Shown in pieces: positions 14,143 through 26,569 of a stretch of DNA of 64,000 nucleotides. The notes beneath the pieces were generated by a model, which worked only from the letters and a program-made list of their open reading frames with translations, made no database searches and had not been told where the DNA came from. The stretch lies in contig OZ024743.1 in the NCBI GenBank assembly GCA_964016885.1, forward strand, positions 22,444,001 through 22,508,000. The letters run 5' to 3'. A program made the position numbers and the translations under genes. Each line of letters opens with the position of its first letter. Positions within the stretch are counted from its first letter, which is position 1. This DNA is from Eledone cirrhosa (lineage: Eukaryota).

Positions 14143-14154
14143 CACTACAGGTAC
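14143..14154 (-). CDS. Candidate 12-nt in-frame microexon (VPVV) of the PDE gene
   Basis: Minus strand reads aaaactaattgtttatacatag|GTACCTGTAGTG|gtaagc: branch-like CTAAT, AG acceptor, strong donor, frame-preserving after ...DNSK. No transcript evidence. Confidence 0.45.
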
Positions 14155-14364
14155 CTATGTATAAACAATTAGTTTTAAATAAAACTTTGGAAAATGCCTT
14201 ATTGAAATATAATTTTAAATGACTGTTTCACATTAATTGTTATTTTCATATCTGCTGATAGGATAGTGATTAAAGAATTTAGATAATTAACTTTTTTTTT
14301 TTTTTTTTCAGAAAATAATATGCCCATTAAATTTTCATAACGTTCAACAAGAACCGACTTGTTA

Positions 14365-14580
14365 TAGTTATTTAGTCATATAACATTGTATTTTGTTAAT
14401 GTTGTTGGTTACATATAAATCATATTTGGGGAATGATAGTGCAGCTTGGTTTCATATAATATCATATTTTATGAGTGATAATGTTGTTGGTTACATATAA
14501 TATCCATTCTATTAATGCTAGTTCCGTTGACTACATATAATATTGTATTTTATTAAAACTAGAGCTGTTGGTTACAGATT
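14365..14580. repeat. Degenerate ~41-bp minisatellite, ~5 copies
   Basis: Recurrent GTTGTTGGTTACATATAAT-like core at 40-42 bp spacing. Confidence 0.7.
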
Positions 14581-14764
14581 TTTCCCAACAGACCAATCAC
14601 AAATTCATTTCATTTTACAATGGAAAAAGTAAATAACCAGAAATTGCATGTCCAATTCAGGTGAAAGAAATACCACACAAGAGATAGTCATCCGTAAGCA
14701 TTTATTTACCAGGTTTCACACACATATTTATATTTTTTGTTTATATACATCATACACCTCATCC

Positions 14765-15250
14765 TTCTTGAGTCCGCAGCTCACCCCTAACATAGAGAGG
14801 ATTCTTGAGCCCACAGCTCACCACTAAGGTAGAGAGGATTCTTGAGCCCACAACTCACCTCAAAGGTAGAGAGGATTCTTGAGCCAACAGCTCACCACTA
14901 AGGTAGAGAGGATTCTTGAGTCCACAGCTCACCTCAAAGGTAGAGAGGATTCTTGAGCCCACAGCTCACCACTAAGGTAGAGAGGATTCTTGAGCCCACA
15001 GCTCACCACTAAGGTAGAGAGGATTCTTGAGCCCACAGCTCACCACTAAGGTAGAGAGGATTCTTGAGCCCACAGCTCACCTCAAGGTAGAGAGGATTCT
15101 TGAGCCCACAGCTCACCACTAAGGTAGAGAGGATTCTTGAGCCCACAGCTCACCACTAAGGTAGAGAGGATTCTTGAGCCCACAGCTCACCTCAAGGTAG
15201 AGAGGGTTCTTGAGCCCACAGCTCACCTCAAAGGTAGAGAGGATTCTTAA
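14765..15250. repeat. 37-bp minisatellite, ~13 copies (TTCTTGAGCCCACAGCTCACCACTAAGGTAGAGAGGA)
   Basis: Period 37 (14801 to 14838). Unit alleles CACCACTAAGG and CACCTCAAAGG, plus a 36-bp CACCTCAAGG form. Confidence 0.97.
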
Positions 15251-16272
15251 GTTGAGGAGTCAATGACCAACAATCTCTCTAATGTTGCCACAAAAGATGT
15301 ACCCCCGTACACTCATTAATCTGGTTAGCAATAGAAATGGCAACCTATTGTAGAAACCATACCAGAAAATAGCTGAAAGGATTTTCTAGTGTTGAAGACA
15401 AACAAACTCCCTTTGTATTGGTGACCTACATGATAAACGCACTTAACACACACACTGTAAAGTGGTTTATAATATGAAGGATATACAGTCATCTTGCCAA
15501 ACAAAGGGTTTGAGTAACACTTAAGTTGTGTCAAGTACACTACAACCTCCCTAGTGTTGGTGATCTACATGATAAACACATCTAGTACACACTAAAGTGG
15601 TTAGTGATACTAAGGACATCTGGCTGTAGATAACCTGCCAAACAAAGTGTCAGGAATACTTTGCTGTGTCTAAAATATGACAAGCCTGTTATGTTGGTGC
15701 CATGATAAAATGCATGGAAATGTATGTTGGCAAGATGCAGGCCCCTGGCCCATCTGTGTGATCAGTAACTCTGCTTGAGTACTAGCCCAGTTTGTGACAA
15801 CCCATCCAACCCTTGCTAGCAGACTTTATATGATAATATATATAATATATTCATTTATTCTTTTACTGCTTTCAGTCAATAGTCTATTGCCATACTGGGG
15901 ATACCACCTTCAAGGGCTTAGTTGATTCTATTTACCACAGTACATATTTCAGTTTGGTATTTATTTTATCTATGTCTATTTGTCAAGCTGCTACGTTATG
16001 GAATATATGGAGACATAAACAACATAAATATAACTCCAAATACTGACAAATATAGTCATATGCACACATAACCATATGCAGTTTCCACCTTGAAAATTCC
16101 ACACACAAGGCATTAAGTCATCCAAAGCTGTACTAGAAGATATGTGTCCAAGGGGAAGTACAGTTGGATTGAACTTATAACACATGGTAAAGAAGCAAAC
16201 CTCTTAACCAAAGGGGCATGCCTACACTCATACCTATTCAATAGTCTTATTTTTAATGTAAACAAATATAAA

Positions 16273-16529
16273 AAGCATGGAACCAACTCCCTGCATCAGT
16301 TATTAGCTGTCAAGACACTGCATCCTTTAAAACCTCCATACTTCCTGAGATTCGCCAACACTACACCTAATATTCCCCCTCCATACACACACACGCATGC
16401 ATATCATGACTCATACACTATTCACTTTCCTGACATTTCTATATTATTCTATATAATATACATGCACCTTTGATGAGTCGTAGTGCACCTGAGCACTGAA
16501 CACAATAATTTCATTATTATTATTATTAT
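16273..16529 (+). mobile_element. 5'-truncated copy of the same CR1-like element, with its tail ~9 nt from the PDE exon donor
   Basis: High similarity to 25398-25642; ends ttcattattattattatta. Confidence 0.85.
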
Positions 16530-16538
16530 AAAACTTAC

Positions 16539-16676
16539 CTTAGAATTGTCTTTGACAAGCATCACCTGACAGACCTCACACTTCAGCAGTGATAGTGTAT
16601 GCATCATGATTTTATGGATTAAGTTGGCAACAGTATGTTGTTCCTCAAATATTACCCGTGCAAGGTCAAGCAGAAC
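16539..16676 (-). CDS. PDE11: Next internal exon of the same PDE5/11-family gene, start of GAF-B
   Basis: 138 nt, phase 0-0; acceptor tactttatatttacattag, donor AAG|gtaagt. Translates VLLDLARVIFEEQHTVANLIHKIMMHTLSLLKCEVCQVMLVKDNSK and joins the previous exon to give the conserved RNQ|VLLDLAxxIFEEQ. Absent from the supplied ORF track. Confidence 0.93.
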
Positions 16677-17424
16677 CTAATGTAAATATAAAGTATAGAA
16701 AGCAATATAAATTATTGTTCTTGTAGTGGTGGTAGTGATGCTGCTGAAAGTGTTAATATTAGATTGTGTACTTATAAGTTTACAGGTCTACCAAATACAA
16801 GCAAGATCTTTGAGTACATGGAAGCTATGAAAAGATTCAACAACAGAAACTTCTAGCTGTTTTACAGCTTCCCTTATTTCCTCTTTTCTTTTTTTGTTTT
16901 ATGTATAATCTGTCTCCCTTTGGCCTTCAATATTTTAAATTTTATTTTTGTTAATTTATTTTTTCCCCTTTTATTTTTTTTTTTATTACTCGTCTCACAG
17001 GCTCTTTTTGATTACCAACTATATGGAGTACTTAATACTTCCACTAGTTTGTCATGGCTTACTAGCTCTATACAGACGTTTAAATTTAATAAATAGATAG
17101 ATAAATAGATAAATAAATAAGGATATACTTGTGGAAAGAACATATGGCATAGTCACAGCTAGAACATGTTTGATTATAACTGCATTACCAATGATGACCT
17201 GTGGCTAATCAACAACAGTTAAATGAATCCATATCAGAGAATCTTGTCCTGTGCCATCTCAAAATTGAAATTAAAGCAGTGAGCAATCAGATAAGTTACT
17301 ATAAAGGAATGTTTTGACATGTTAGTTGCTATTGGTTCATACCAAATTCACTGACATAGGAGAAACAAATATAGATAATAAGGAAAAAAAAATAAAAATT
17401 TACTTTCACTTCCAATTACATAAT

Positions 17425-18850
17425 CATCATTTTACATCCGTTATTCCATGCTTGCATGGGTTGGATGGGTTTCCTTCAGCACAGCATCTCTCCACTTGCC
17501 ACATTTCTTTGTCATCTCTGTGAGTCTCAGCAATTTGAGATCAGCTCTCACCACCTCTGCTCAGGTCTTCCTTGGTCTACCTCTACTGTGGCTTCCTTCC
17601 ACTTGGATTTTCTGGCACTTCTTAACCCACCAATCATCATCCATGTACATCATATGTCAATACTAACAGTCTCTTCTCTTGCACACTACTTCTGATTCCT
17701 TTTATACCCAGTTTCGTACTCAGCTCATCCATGCTTTATCTTTCTCCTACATTAACATAGCACCTCCATCGAAGCCTCAATTCTTTCCAGCCTCTGCATT
17801 GACTGTCCATATCTCACTAGCATGCAGTATGGCATTTCACACACAGGTATCATACAGCCAACTTTTCATTCGTAGGGAGAAACCTACTACTATGCTCTCC
17901 AAGCACCCTTCTCCACTGCTAATTATATCACCTAGGTAGGTAAAATTATCAACCACTTCTGTGGATCTTTCCTGGGATTGGAAAAGCTTAGATAGAGATA
18001 GAGTAGTTTACTCTAATAACTTCCCTTGTAGTTGTCTTACTAAGAAGAGAGCATCTGTAGCGCTCATACCTGGCATAAAACCAAATTACATCTCATTTAA
18101 TTTGACACTTTCGCTAATTAGTTTGCTAGAAGTCTTTCGCTTTCTGTCACTTACATAACTTGGTCCGTTAGTTTTATTCCCCTGTAGTTGCTCCTTTCTA
18201 GAGCATCACCTTTTCCAGTGTAGCAATCATTGATTATGTTGCTGCACCAGTCAATGGATTTAGCCCTGTTATGTATTATCTAATTGACTATGTAGCTGGC
18301 TAGTTCAACTCTTACTTCTCCAGATGCTTTTAGCATCTCAGTGACTATCTCAGTTGGACTCACAGGTTTACCATTTTTCATTACCTTGATTGTTTCTTTG
18401 ACTATATCCGTCAACTTTGATAACTGGTCCTTCTGTTGGGTCAGTTGGAAGTAGTCTCTCTTCCTCCCATTCATTATCCAGATTCATTAATCTCTCATAG
18501 TAGTATTTCCAGGCCTCTTTCTTTTGAGTATCAGTGATGCTAAGTGCGCCAGTGTCATTTCGAATACATTTTTCCCCAGAATATCCTGATTTACACTGAC
18601 ACACTTCCTTGCAATGCAAAAAACCTCATGCCTCTGATCTTCACATTGCAAGTCATTTGCAAATTTCCTTATTTCAGCCTCTCTTCATGCCATGTTTACT
18701 TATCGCGTAGCCTCACTTTTAGCTACAAGGTACTAGCCTTTGCTGCCCCATTTTTTCAGACTTTCTATGCCTGTATCTATTGTACTATTCCACCACGATG
18801 TCACTCATAGTCTTGTTGGTGCATTGCCCCAGTCACAAGTCTTTACATCT
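17425..18850 (-). mobile_element. Fragmented RTE LINE (3' end 17425-17900; linker/pre-RT part 18200-18850)
   Basis: Reverse-complement similarity to the 4907 family tail; EKCIRNDTGALSITD..KKEAWK.YYERLMN and MKNGK..SPTEIVTEMLKASG motifs. Confidence 0.8.
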
Positions 18851-19880
18851 AGCTAATTAATTGTACAATAATTATTGGCACATTTGCCAATTAGCAAACA
18901 CTGAAATTAATTAGGCTAATGAGTAATATAGGAATTCCTCCAGTTTAAACTTCTATAACATATCCTACACACTGACAGAACTCATTAAGATGGTTGACAC
19001 CTCTCACTTACAGTATTTTCTTCACATTCCATGTAAAAAAAAAAAATATAAACTTATGATATCTGTTTTTACTTTCTAGTTAAATGGTCTCTTTGAGGGG
19101 GATTAACCAGGAGTGTTGTTTAACATGCCACTGTTAATAATGATCATCATGGTGATGGGTGGTGGTGGTGGTGCTGTTTCTACTGCTGCTGCTGGTGCCA
19201 GCAATGATAATGATAACATTAATAATAATAATCATTTCTAATTTAGACTGAAAACCAGCAATTTGGGGGAAAGAGAAAGTCAAATGTATCAACCCCAGTA
19301 CTTAACTGGTACTTTATTATATTGACAACAAAAGGGTGAAAAGCAAAGTTGACATCATCAGATTTTAAATCAGAACCTAAAGCGCTGGAACAAATACCAC
19401 GAAGCAGTTTTACTGATGCTTATATGACTCATCTACTCCACCCACTTTGGCAATGAATTACTAGAATCATTAGAATATTAAACAATATGCATTGCAGTAT
19501 GTATTCTGGCACCTTGTGTTCACTTGCCATGGTGAACTTTCATTATTCCAGTGTACATAAATATTGTAAGAGTCTAGTGCAGGGGGCTGGCAGAATTGTT
19601 AGGGTGTTGGATGAGCTACCTTGAAATATTTGTTCCGAGTAGAAATCTCACCGAGGTTTAACACCACCAACTGGTCCTCATGGATACTTAGTAATCTCCA
19701 CACTGTTGCAAGCATTCCAGCCTGGTCTCCAGCTTGAAGATACTTTTTCCCTGTGTCTACCTGTCTACCAGTCACAGAGGCTCTGAAAAAATAAAAGTTA
19801 AAGGGCACTTCCGTTCCTCTTCCTCCTCCTCATTATTATTATTATTATTATTATAATTGCTAAGTATAATCGCTGAGTAT

Positions 19881-20070
19881 GGCGGTGGATTGGCAGTATC
19901 GGTAGAGGGTCGGATACCATGCTTTGATGCATAGAGTTACGGCCCTTGCCATTCTGAGTTCAAATCCCGCCGAGGTTAACTTTGCCTTTCATCCTTATGG
20001 GGTCGATAAAATAAAGTACCAGTAATACACTGGGTAATTGCTGGCCTTGTGCCAAAAGTAGAAACAATTA
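19881..20070 (+). mobile_element. Full-length tRNA-derived SINE (family A) with TSD
   Basis: A-box-like TGGCAGTATCGG and B-box GAGTTCAAATCCC; flanked by tataatcgctgag / tataattgctgag. Further copies near 4460, 6445, 9320, 19235, 21240, 21390, 26740, 27870, 28325, 28675 and 29585. Confidence 0.85.
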
Positions 20071-20074
20071 TTAT

Positions 20075-20270
20075 AATTGCTGAGAGGCTTATGGAGACAG
20101 ACCCTCAAACATGCCTTCCAGCAGGTCCTATCAGGAATAATCATCTCCAATTGATCCAGCTGCACCCCCAAGCATGACCAGCTCATGGATATTATCAAAT
20201 CATCTTGCGCAAATTATTTTGCTCATATCTGTCCAGTGATTCTTTACTGAAACATTCAAACTATGTGTCC
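20075..20270 (-). mobile_element. RTE LINE C-terminal fragment
   Basis: WSCLGVQLDQLEMIIPDRTCWKACL resembles an RTE C-terminus. Confidence 0.5.
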
Positions 20271-20329
20271 ATAGTATCGGAGTTGTGATCATTCAATTCA
20301 GAAAAGTAGTGGCTCTACCAAAAGTGACT

Positions 20330-20530
20330 CACTGCTCTCTGAGCTATGTACTCTAATGAGTGTTGTTACTCCAAAATCCAGCTATATATAGTTAGGGTTT
20401 CCTCAACAAATGTCCATGGCTCTAGTACTGTAGATTTAGATGGAGGATGGAAACTCCACTATTCAGATGTAGTCCAAGAAAAGACTGTACATGCGGGAAT
20501 GGGGGTACTCACAACCTCCAGCAAACTGAG
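20330..20530 (+). mobile_element. RTE LINE AP-endonuclease fragment
   Basis: VSSTNVHGSSTVDLDGGWKLHYS...HAGMGVLT, typical of RTE APE domains. Confidence 0.7.
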
Positions 20531-20929
20531 GACATTGAAACAAAGTGGAGACTGTTCAGCTTGGCAGTTTCTGCTTCAACTGTTAAATGCTGTGGGCTTT
20601 TCCTTCAGATTATACAATCAAATAATATATAATGGCACAAGGAATAATCAGTGGATATTGTTGGCTTTATTTACCTGATGCTAGACATTTTACTGAACTT
20701 AGAAATATGGAAGTCAGTATTCATATCAGCCAGCAGGATTTAAGCCAAGAATTTAAAGTGATGTAATTAGTATTACAAGACATTTTGTCTGCCACTCTAC
20801 CAGTTCTGCCAATCAACTATTCTACAATCATGTTCCTCATATAGGAACAAAGCCACAAATTATGGGTGGAAAAGAATCAATAAAATTAACCATGGTACTT
20901 AAATGGTATTTATTTTATCTTTTCATAGT

Positions 20930-21230
20930 GATGCTTTTAGTATGTTGGAGCCATGATAAAACAAACCCAGCCCACTCAGTGAAGTGGCAGTGCTGGTGCC
21001 ATGATAAAAACACCTAATCCATCTTATAAGATGATAATACTCCAAGTACATTCTGTAAAGTGGTTATCATTAGGAAAGGCAGTCAGCCATATAAACATAG
21101 AACCCATGCTGTAAATGGAACATATGTGCAAGATGAGTCATCTAACTTGTCTAGCTTCAGTATGAGACAAACCATCTAACCCATGCCAGCATAGAAAATA
21201 GATGTAAAACAATGATGATGATCATTATCA
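20930..21230 (+). mobile_element. Modular repeat (family C) with RTE-like tail, interrupting a family-A SINE
   Basis: Tandem GGTGCCATGATAAAA..CCCAGTAC modules; tail CCATCTAACCCATGCCAGCATAGAAAA..(GAT)n. Related copies near 1705, 13480-13825, 15285-15830 and 61285. Confidence 0.65.
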
Positions 21231-22759
21231 TGAAGATGACCTCAGAAGGATGAAAGGCAAATTTGAGACTGGCAGGATTTGAACTCAACATGTAAAGGAA
21301 CAGAATTAAATACCACAAAGCATTTTGTGTACTGTTTTATCCACTGTGTCAGTCCATACTGTTACCCTTAGTAATAATTCTTAATAACATTGGCACGAGG
21401 ACAGGAAGGGGCAAGCCAATTTTATCAGCCATAGTACCTAATGAGTATTTTATTGACCCCAGAAAGATGAACAGTAAATCTGATCTTAGCAGGATTTAAT
21501 CTTAGAATGTAAGGGCCAGTAACTAAATGCTATGAGACACTTTGTCTGATACTCTAATAATTCTGCCAATCCACTAAAATCTAATCATATTGAAGAAACA
21601 TATGAAACAAATGAACAACACAATAAAAAAAAGAAGCACAATGGATTAGAAAGACTTGGAGAAAAAGAAAGGAAATCACACAGGAAGCATGGACAGGCAT
21701 AACTAACAACAAATTAAATTCCCTTGCAACATAAAAGCTTCTGCAATTGATAATGCGCTCAAATTCTGGTTTAAATTTTTAACTAAAATGCATGAAACAT
21801 TCATCAATAAAATGTTGAGAAGGAAAATGTTTCCTCACACCATCTCATTTTTCACCATGATACAACAATCTTTAGCAATTACACTAACCATAATAAAACT
21901 TTTCAAATATGAAATAATATATATTTTACTGACAGCTACCAATACCTATAGTTACAGATTTTATTATCTTACAGGTGCTTCCAATGAATTAATACAGAGA
22001 CAAGAATCAACACCTGAAGGGTTAAAACTGTATTGTCCGGGGAATACTTTTGCCGTCTTGTCAGTGGAGTGCAGCACTTCTGTCCTCTTGCTCTAGGCCC
22101 AATCACATTTGCCCTTCACCCCTCCCCTCTCATCTGTGACACCAGAGCTCTTGCAATCCTCTCCCCTTCCCATTTTTTCTTCTTTCTCTTTTTTTTCTAT
22201 ATTTCCCTATTCTTTCTTTCCTTTTGTTTCCCCCTTATGTTTTCTTACTAAATTTTATTTTAAAAATAAACATCTGTACATTAAAAAAAAATTTTTTAAT
22301 TGAAAAACCAAAATCACTAGGATCCTTCAAAACAGGTCAATCTGTTTACCAACAATTCATATTCCCCTATAGGCTGGCTGTTCATGTGGAAAATATTTTG
22401 TCAAAGCATCAGAAAGACTATCAGAAGGTCACGTGCAGACAAAAAGAGCAGCCAACGAGGAACTGAGCAGTTTCTAATGAGAGGTTAAGTCAATTGAACA
22501 TTGAATAGAATGGTATTGTGTATTCATTTCAGTTCAGTTCTTTGTGTTCTGCCTTTCTTAATTTTGAGGTCGATAAAAAGTATACCAATTCAACAGTACC
22601 AATAATTCTTCTACATCTCTTTCTCACACCCTGTCTCTCCTTCTTTGGAAGAAATCAGCTGTCTTTAGAAGTGGAGAGGGATGTGTTCCACCAGGTTTAT
22701 GGATATCACAGCTTTTAATAGGTTCAGCAGGTTGGTATGGTTTCTTGTATATAGTTTAA

Positions 22760-23183
22760 CCCTTTAGCATTTAAACCAGCTATATCCAGCAAGAATTCTT
22801 TCACTTCTTTCTGTACAAATCGGCCATAACTGGCCACTCATACTTGTGTTAAGGTATTATTCTCAAAATAAATAACATCAAAATCTCATAGATTTGATAT
22901 TTTGTAAGATATTATGTGAGATAAAGCCTTTACCATGAAAATACAATAGTATATATAGAGTAATTGTTTCTACTTTAGGCACAAGGCCAGCAATTATCCA
23001 GTACATTACTGGTACTTTATTTTATCGACCCCGTAAGGATGAAAGGCAAAGTTAACCTCGGCGGGATTTGAACTCAGACTGTAAAGGGACGTAACTATGC
23101 TAGAAAGCATGGCGTCCAACCCTCTACCGATACTGCCAATTCACCACCCTTAGTATATATAGAGTAATGTAAATGCTAAAGGG
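22760..23183. mobile_element. piggyBac-type MITE with TTAA TSD, containing a nested SINE
   Basis: TTAA|CCCTTTAGCATTTA ... TAAATGCTAAAGGG|TTAA. Confidence 0.85.
22965..23150 (-). mobile_element. Family-A SINE with perfect 18-bp TSD, nested in a MITE
   Basis: TAGTATATATAGAGTAAT at 22947-22964 and 23151-23168; body is the reverse complement of the 19881 copy. Confidence 0.9.
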
Positions 23184-24204
23184 TTAAAATAATTTATAAA
23201 AAGGAGATGCTTTATAGTTTTTCTATAGCATAAAACCTTCCAAGGTAATTTGATTTTTAAATAATTTGAATCAACTCAGAGCTAGACAAAAGAATAATTT
23301 AGATAAGGGTCTTTCTGAAAACTTCCTCTTACAGGGCTTTTGAAATAAGTATCCACTTCCCTCAACTTGCTCCATTACAGTTGGCTCTGTGAATATTATT
23401 AACTGTGGTTTTTCCAACACAGATCATCCTAATAGATTGGAAGTTAAGAGAATTAAAGAGATGAAATGGAAAACTAAAGCAGCTCTCTGTATTTTGAACT
23501 CACCACCCTAAAGTCAATATAGAGAGAACACAGCCATACAGAGAAAGGGTCATTATAGGGCTATTACAAAGATAGCAGTATGTGTAGAAAATACTTGGAA
23601 ATAAGTAAAGATAGACCTGATTATTATAAGAAAATATTTTGTATATATTTGTAGATAATTTGCAATTTTTTTTACCAAAATAAAAAATATGAAAAACCAT
23701 ATGTGATCAAACCTTACTCTGAATTTGAAATTTGCAGCCTGCACTTAACATGCACATACACACAAACACACATACTCCCATTTGCAAATAATTGTCATGT
23801 CACTATTAATTTAATATGAATAACATCCTTATACAAAAATATACACTGATGACATCTCGCATAAAATAACTGCTTAATCAAAATTCAATTCAAATTTAAA
23901 CCAAACATGCATGCAGCCTCATCAATGTTTTTCACATGCACAAAACATATGCACAGTTTTTTTTATTGACTCTCTTTAGTCTTAATGCCCATTAAATGTT
24001 GCATATATTTTAAATCAATCAGGAGTGGTAACTTAAATTAACTAATCTGTTTGCTTAAGGTACGGATCATAGAAATACATTGTTATAATATCTTTGCTTC
24101 CAGGATAGAATATCTCCACAGACATGATTAGGTGTGTAGCTGTATATAAATAGGACAACATGCAGATACTTTCAATCAGAAACTAAGAATGTACAATGTG
24201 TACA

Positions 24205-24390
24205 ATATCATCATTATCATTTTACATTCGCTTTTCCCTGCTTGCAAGAGTGGGACGGGTCCTATTCAGCACAGCATCTTTCCACTTGTCACGGCCCTTC
24301 GTCATCTCCTCCATGAGCTTCAGCAATCTGAGGTCTGCTCTCACCACCTCAACCCATGTTTTTCGTGGTCTTCCTCTACTGGGATTTCTT
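24205..24390 (-). mobile_element. RTE LINE 3' end
   Basis: Reverse complement closely matches 2322-2465. Confidence 0.8.
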
Positions 24391-24437
24391 GCACTTCTTT
24401 ACCCAGCGGTCATCTTCCATCCTTTTATATATATATA

Positions 24438-25255
24438 CTAGCATTAAAGCCCGGCGTTGCTCGGGGTCATTAAGTTACCAAAGTTAAGTTGCACCACCCA
24501 TTTTATGGCAGCACTTTTTTGTCTGCCAGGCACTGGGTGAATGAATTGCAGACCTGGAAGCATGAGCTGCGCCAGCAGTGACAATTGTAGTTTCGCCTAT
24601 GGATATTATCTCTGTGCAAAAAAGTGTTGAAAATTTATTGTTTCACAGTACTTGCGCAACACGCGCGTAGACGATGCCAGCCGAACAACAGAGCTGCGAT
24701 AGAGTTGTTCTGCATGGTTGTCTGTGTGTTTTCTAAATTTAATACAGTAGGGAGGGGTGTGATATGGGGGAGAGTTAGCTGCTGTTTCTAGCAGGTTTAG
24801 TAACCTCATAGAGGATATGTGTTTTCTAAATTTAAGACAGTAGGGAGTGGTGTGGGGAGGGGTGTGATATGAGGAGAGTTAGCTGCTGTTTCTAGCAGGT
24901 TTAGTAACCTCATAGAGGATATGTGTTTTCTAAATTTAAGACAGTAGGGAGTGGTGTGAACGGACAGTATCACCATCAAGCTTGGAAAGAGAAAGTAGCA
25001 GAAAGTATGAAGTTGTATAGATTTTGAATGGTAGTAGAAAGAGTTCAGCAGTTTAAATGAGAGAGAAAAATCGTAAAATATTGAGTTTTATCTATTTTTT
25101 GCGTAATTGTGGGTGAAATTGAAAAAATTATCTGCGTCAAGACGCAATCGAAACTATTTTGAATACTGAATTGTAAATTTCAATTGAAGAAATTCTATAT
25201 CGTAGATTTCTATAACGAAGGAGCATGACCACACACTGAGCTTTATAGATTATGA
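24438..25255 (-). mobile_element. Non-autonomous Helitron (~820 bp)
   Basis: Minus strand starts TC(ATAATCTATAAAG) and ends with the hairpin CCCGAGCAACGCCGGG followed by CTAG. It sits in a TA tract with no TSD and carries an internal ~92-104-bp tandem repeat at 24726-24958. Confidence 0.8.
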
Positions 25256-25281
25256 TATATATATATATATATATATATATA

Positions 25282-25642
25282 ACCCTGAGTACCTTTTTGA
25301 TTTCCATGTGTCTAACACACATGGGCAAGCCCACAAAGTCAGAAAACAGCACAGTTCCCATGACTTTCAGAAACATTTTTTCACGCTCAGAGTTGCTGAA
25401 GCATGGAACAAACTCCCTGCATCAGTTATTAGCTGTCGAAACACTGCATCCTTTAAAAGCTCCATGCTTCCTGAGATTTGCCAACACAATACCTAATATT
25501 CCCCCTCCATACACATACACACATGTATATCATGACTCGTACACTATTCACCCTGAAATTTGTATATTATTCTATGTACTATACATGCACCTTTGACGAG
25601 TTGTAGTGCTCCTGAGCACTTTACACAATGATTTCATTATTA
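25282..25642 (+). mobile_element. CR1-like LINE 3' end with (ATT)n tail
   Basis: THGQAHKVRK...HFFTLRVAEAWNKLPASVI..FK, the CR1 ORF2 C-terminal motif, plus 3' UTR. Confidence 0.85.
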
Positions 25643-26479
25643 TATATAAAAGAAAAAAATGAGGAAGTTTCGTTTACATGTAAAAGATATTTATTATGTA
25701 TCAACCTGTTATGTGTGTTTCGCAGAGGATTGGCTCAAGGTCACCTATAGAGTGTTTACTTTGGTACCAACACCAGTAATTCACTGTACCACCTACACTA
25801 TATATATACTGGCTGAACTTCGCTTCCCATTTCTTTTAAATAAGTAACCTAAGAATCAGTAAATATATTTGCGTTGATTCAGTTCATTATATTCCTCCCT
25901 ATAAAAATTGTTTTTGTCCATAAGAAAACCATCAATAATTTATCCACCTTTAATCACCATGCACAACATTTTTCTTGAACATAAAACAACCAAGAGAGCT
26001 AATTCCTTGTTTTTCTTATCTTTTGATGTGGTCTCTCTTCAGCAATGAAATTGGCAATGTATACACACATATATATACAGCTAACAAAAGCTTTTGTTTC
26101 ATTTTGTTTCTATTGTACATCTAATTTCCCATGCTAGCATGTATAGGATTTCTATTATTCACTCTCACTCTTATTCACTCACTCTCTCTATTACTTCACC
26201 ACTATCTCTCTCTATCTCTCACTCTTGCAGCATCTCAGTTGGAACATCAAGTAGATACCAATCAGGCATGTAAGAGTAATAATACTGATTTTTTCCTGGG
26301 TAGCAAAATGAAGTTAGTCTATTTATGGTTTTGTTTAGCAAGTCAATCTTCTGATTCTTCATCAGTACTCCACTAATTTCACTATTTATTCAGCTTTTAG
26401 GCAACATTTATCAAATACAAAAAAAAAAAATTAGAAATAAAAAACATCAAATATTAAAAAAAAATAAAATTCCACAGAC

Positions 26480-26569
26480 CTGATTACGTCTGTTTTCCAG
26501 CAGTGATTTTTCATATTGCTGAGCATTCTTTAAGCCAATTCCACAAAAGGCCAAATAAAATGTAAATAT
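26480..26569 (-). CDS. PDE11: Internal exon of a GAF-domain cyclic nucleotide phosphodiesterase (PDE5/6/11 family), end of GAF-A and linker
   Basis: 90 nt, phase 0-0; acceptor ttttaattttcag, donor CAG|gtctgt. Translates [30 protein letters not shown], matching from memory the PDE5A [26 protein letters not shown] and invertebrate PDE11 motif. PDE5 versus PDE11 orthology is not resolved. Confidence 0.92.

Noticed and set aside
3571-14400. Strong-looking plus-strand splice sites (3599, 9961, 12293, 14311) as a nested antisense gene
   Set aside because: Following frames hit stops quickly and T-tract+AG is common in AT-rich DNA. A lncRNA cannot be excluded without RNA data.
14765-15250. 37-bp repeat as a CRISPR array
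   Set aside because: Units are head-to-tail with no spacers.
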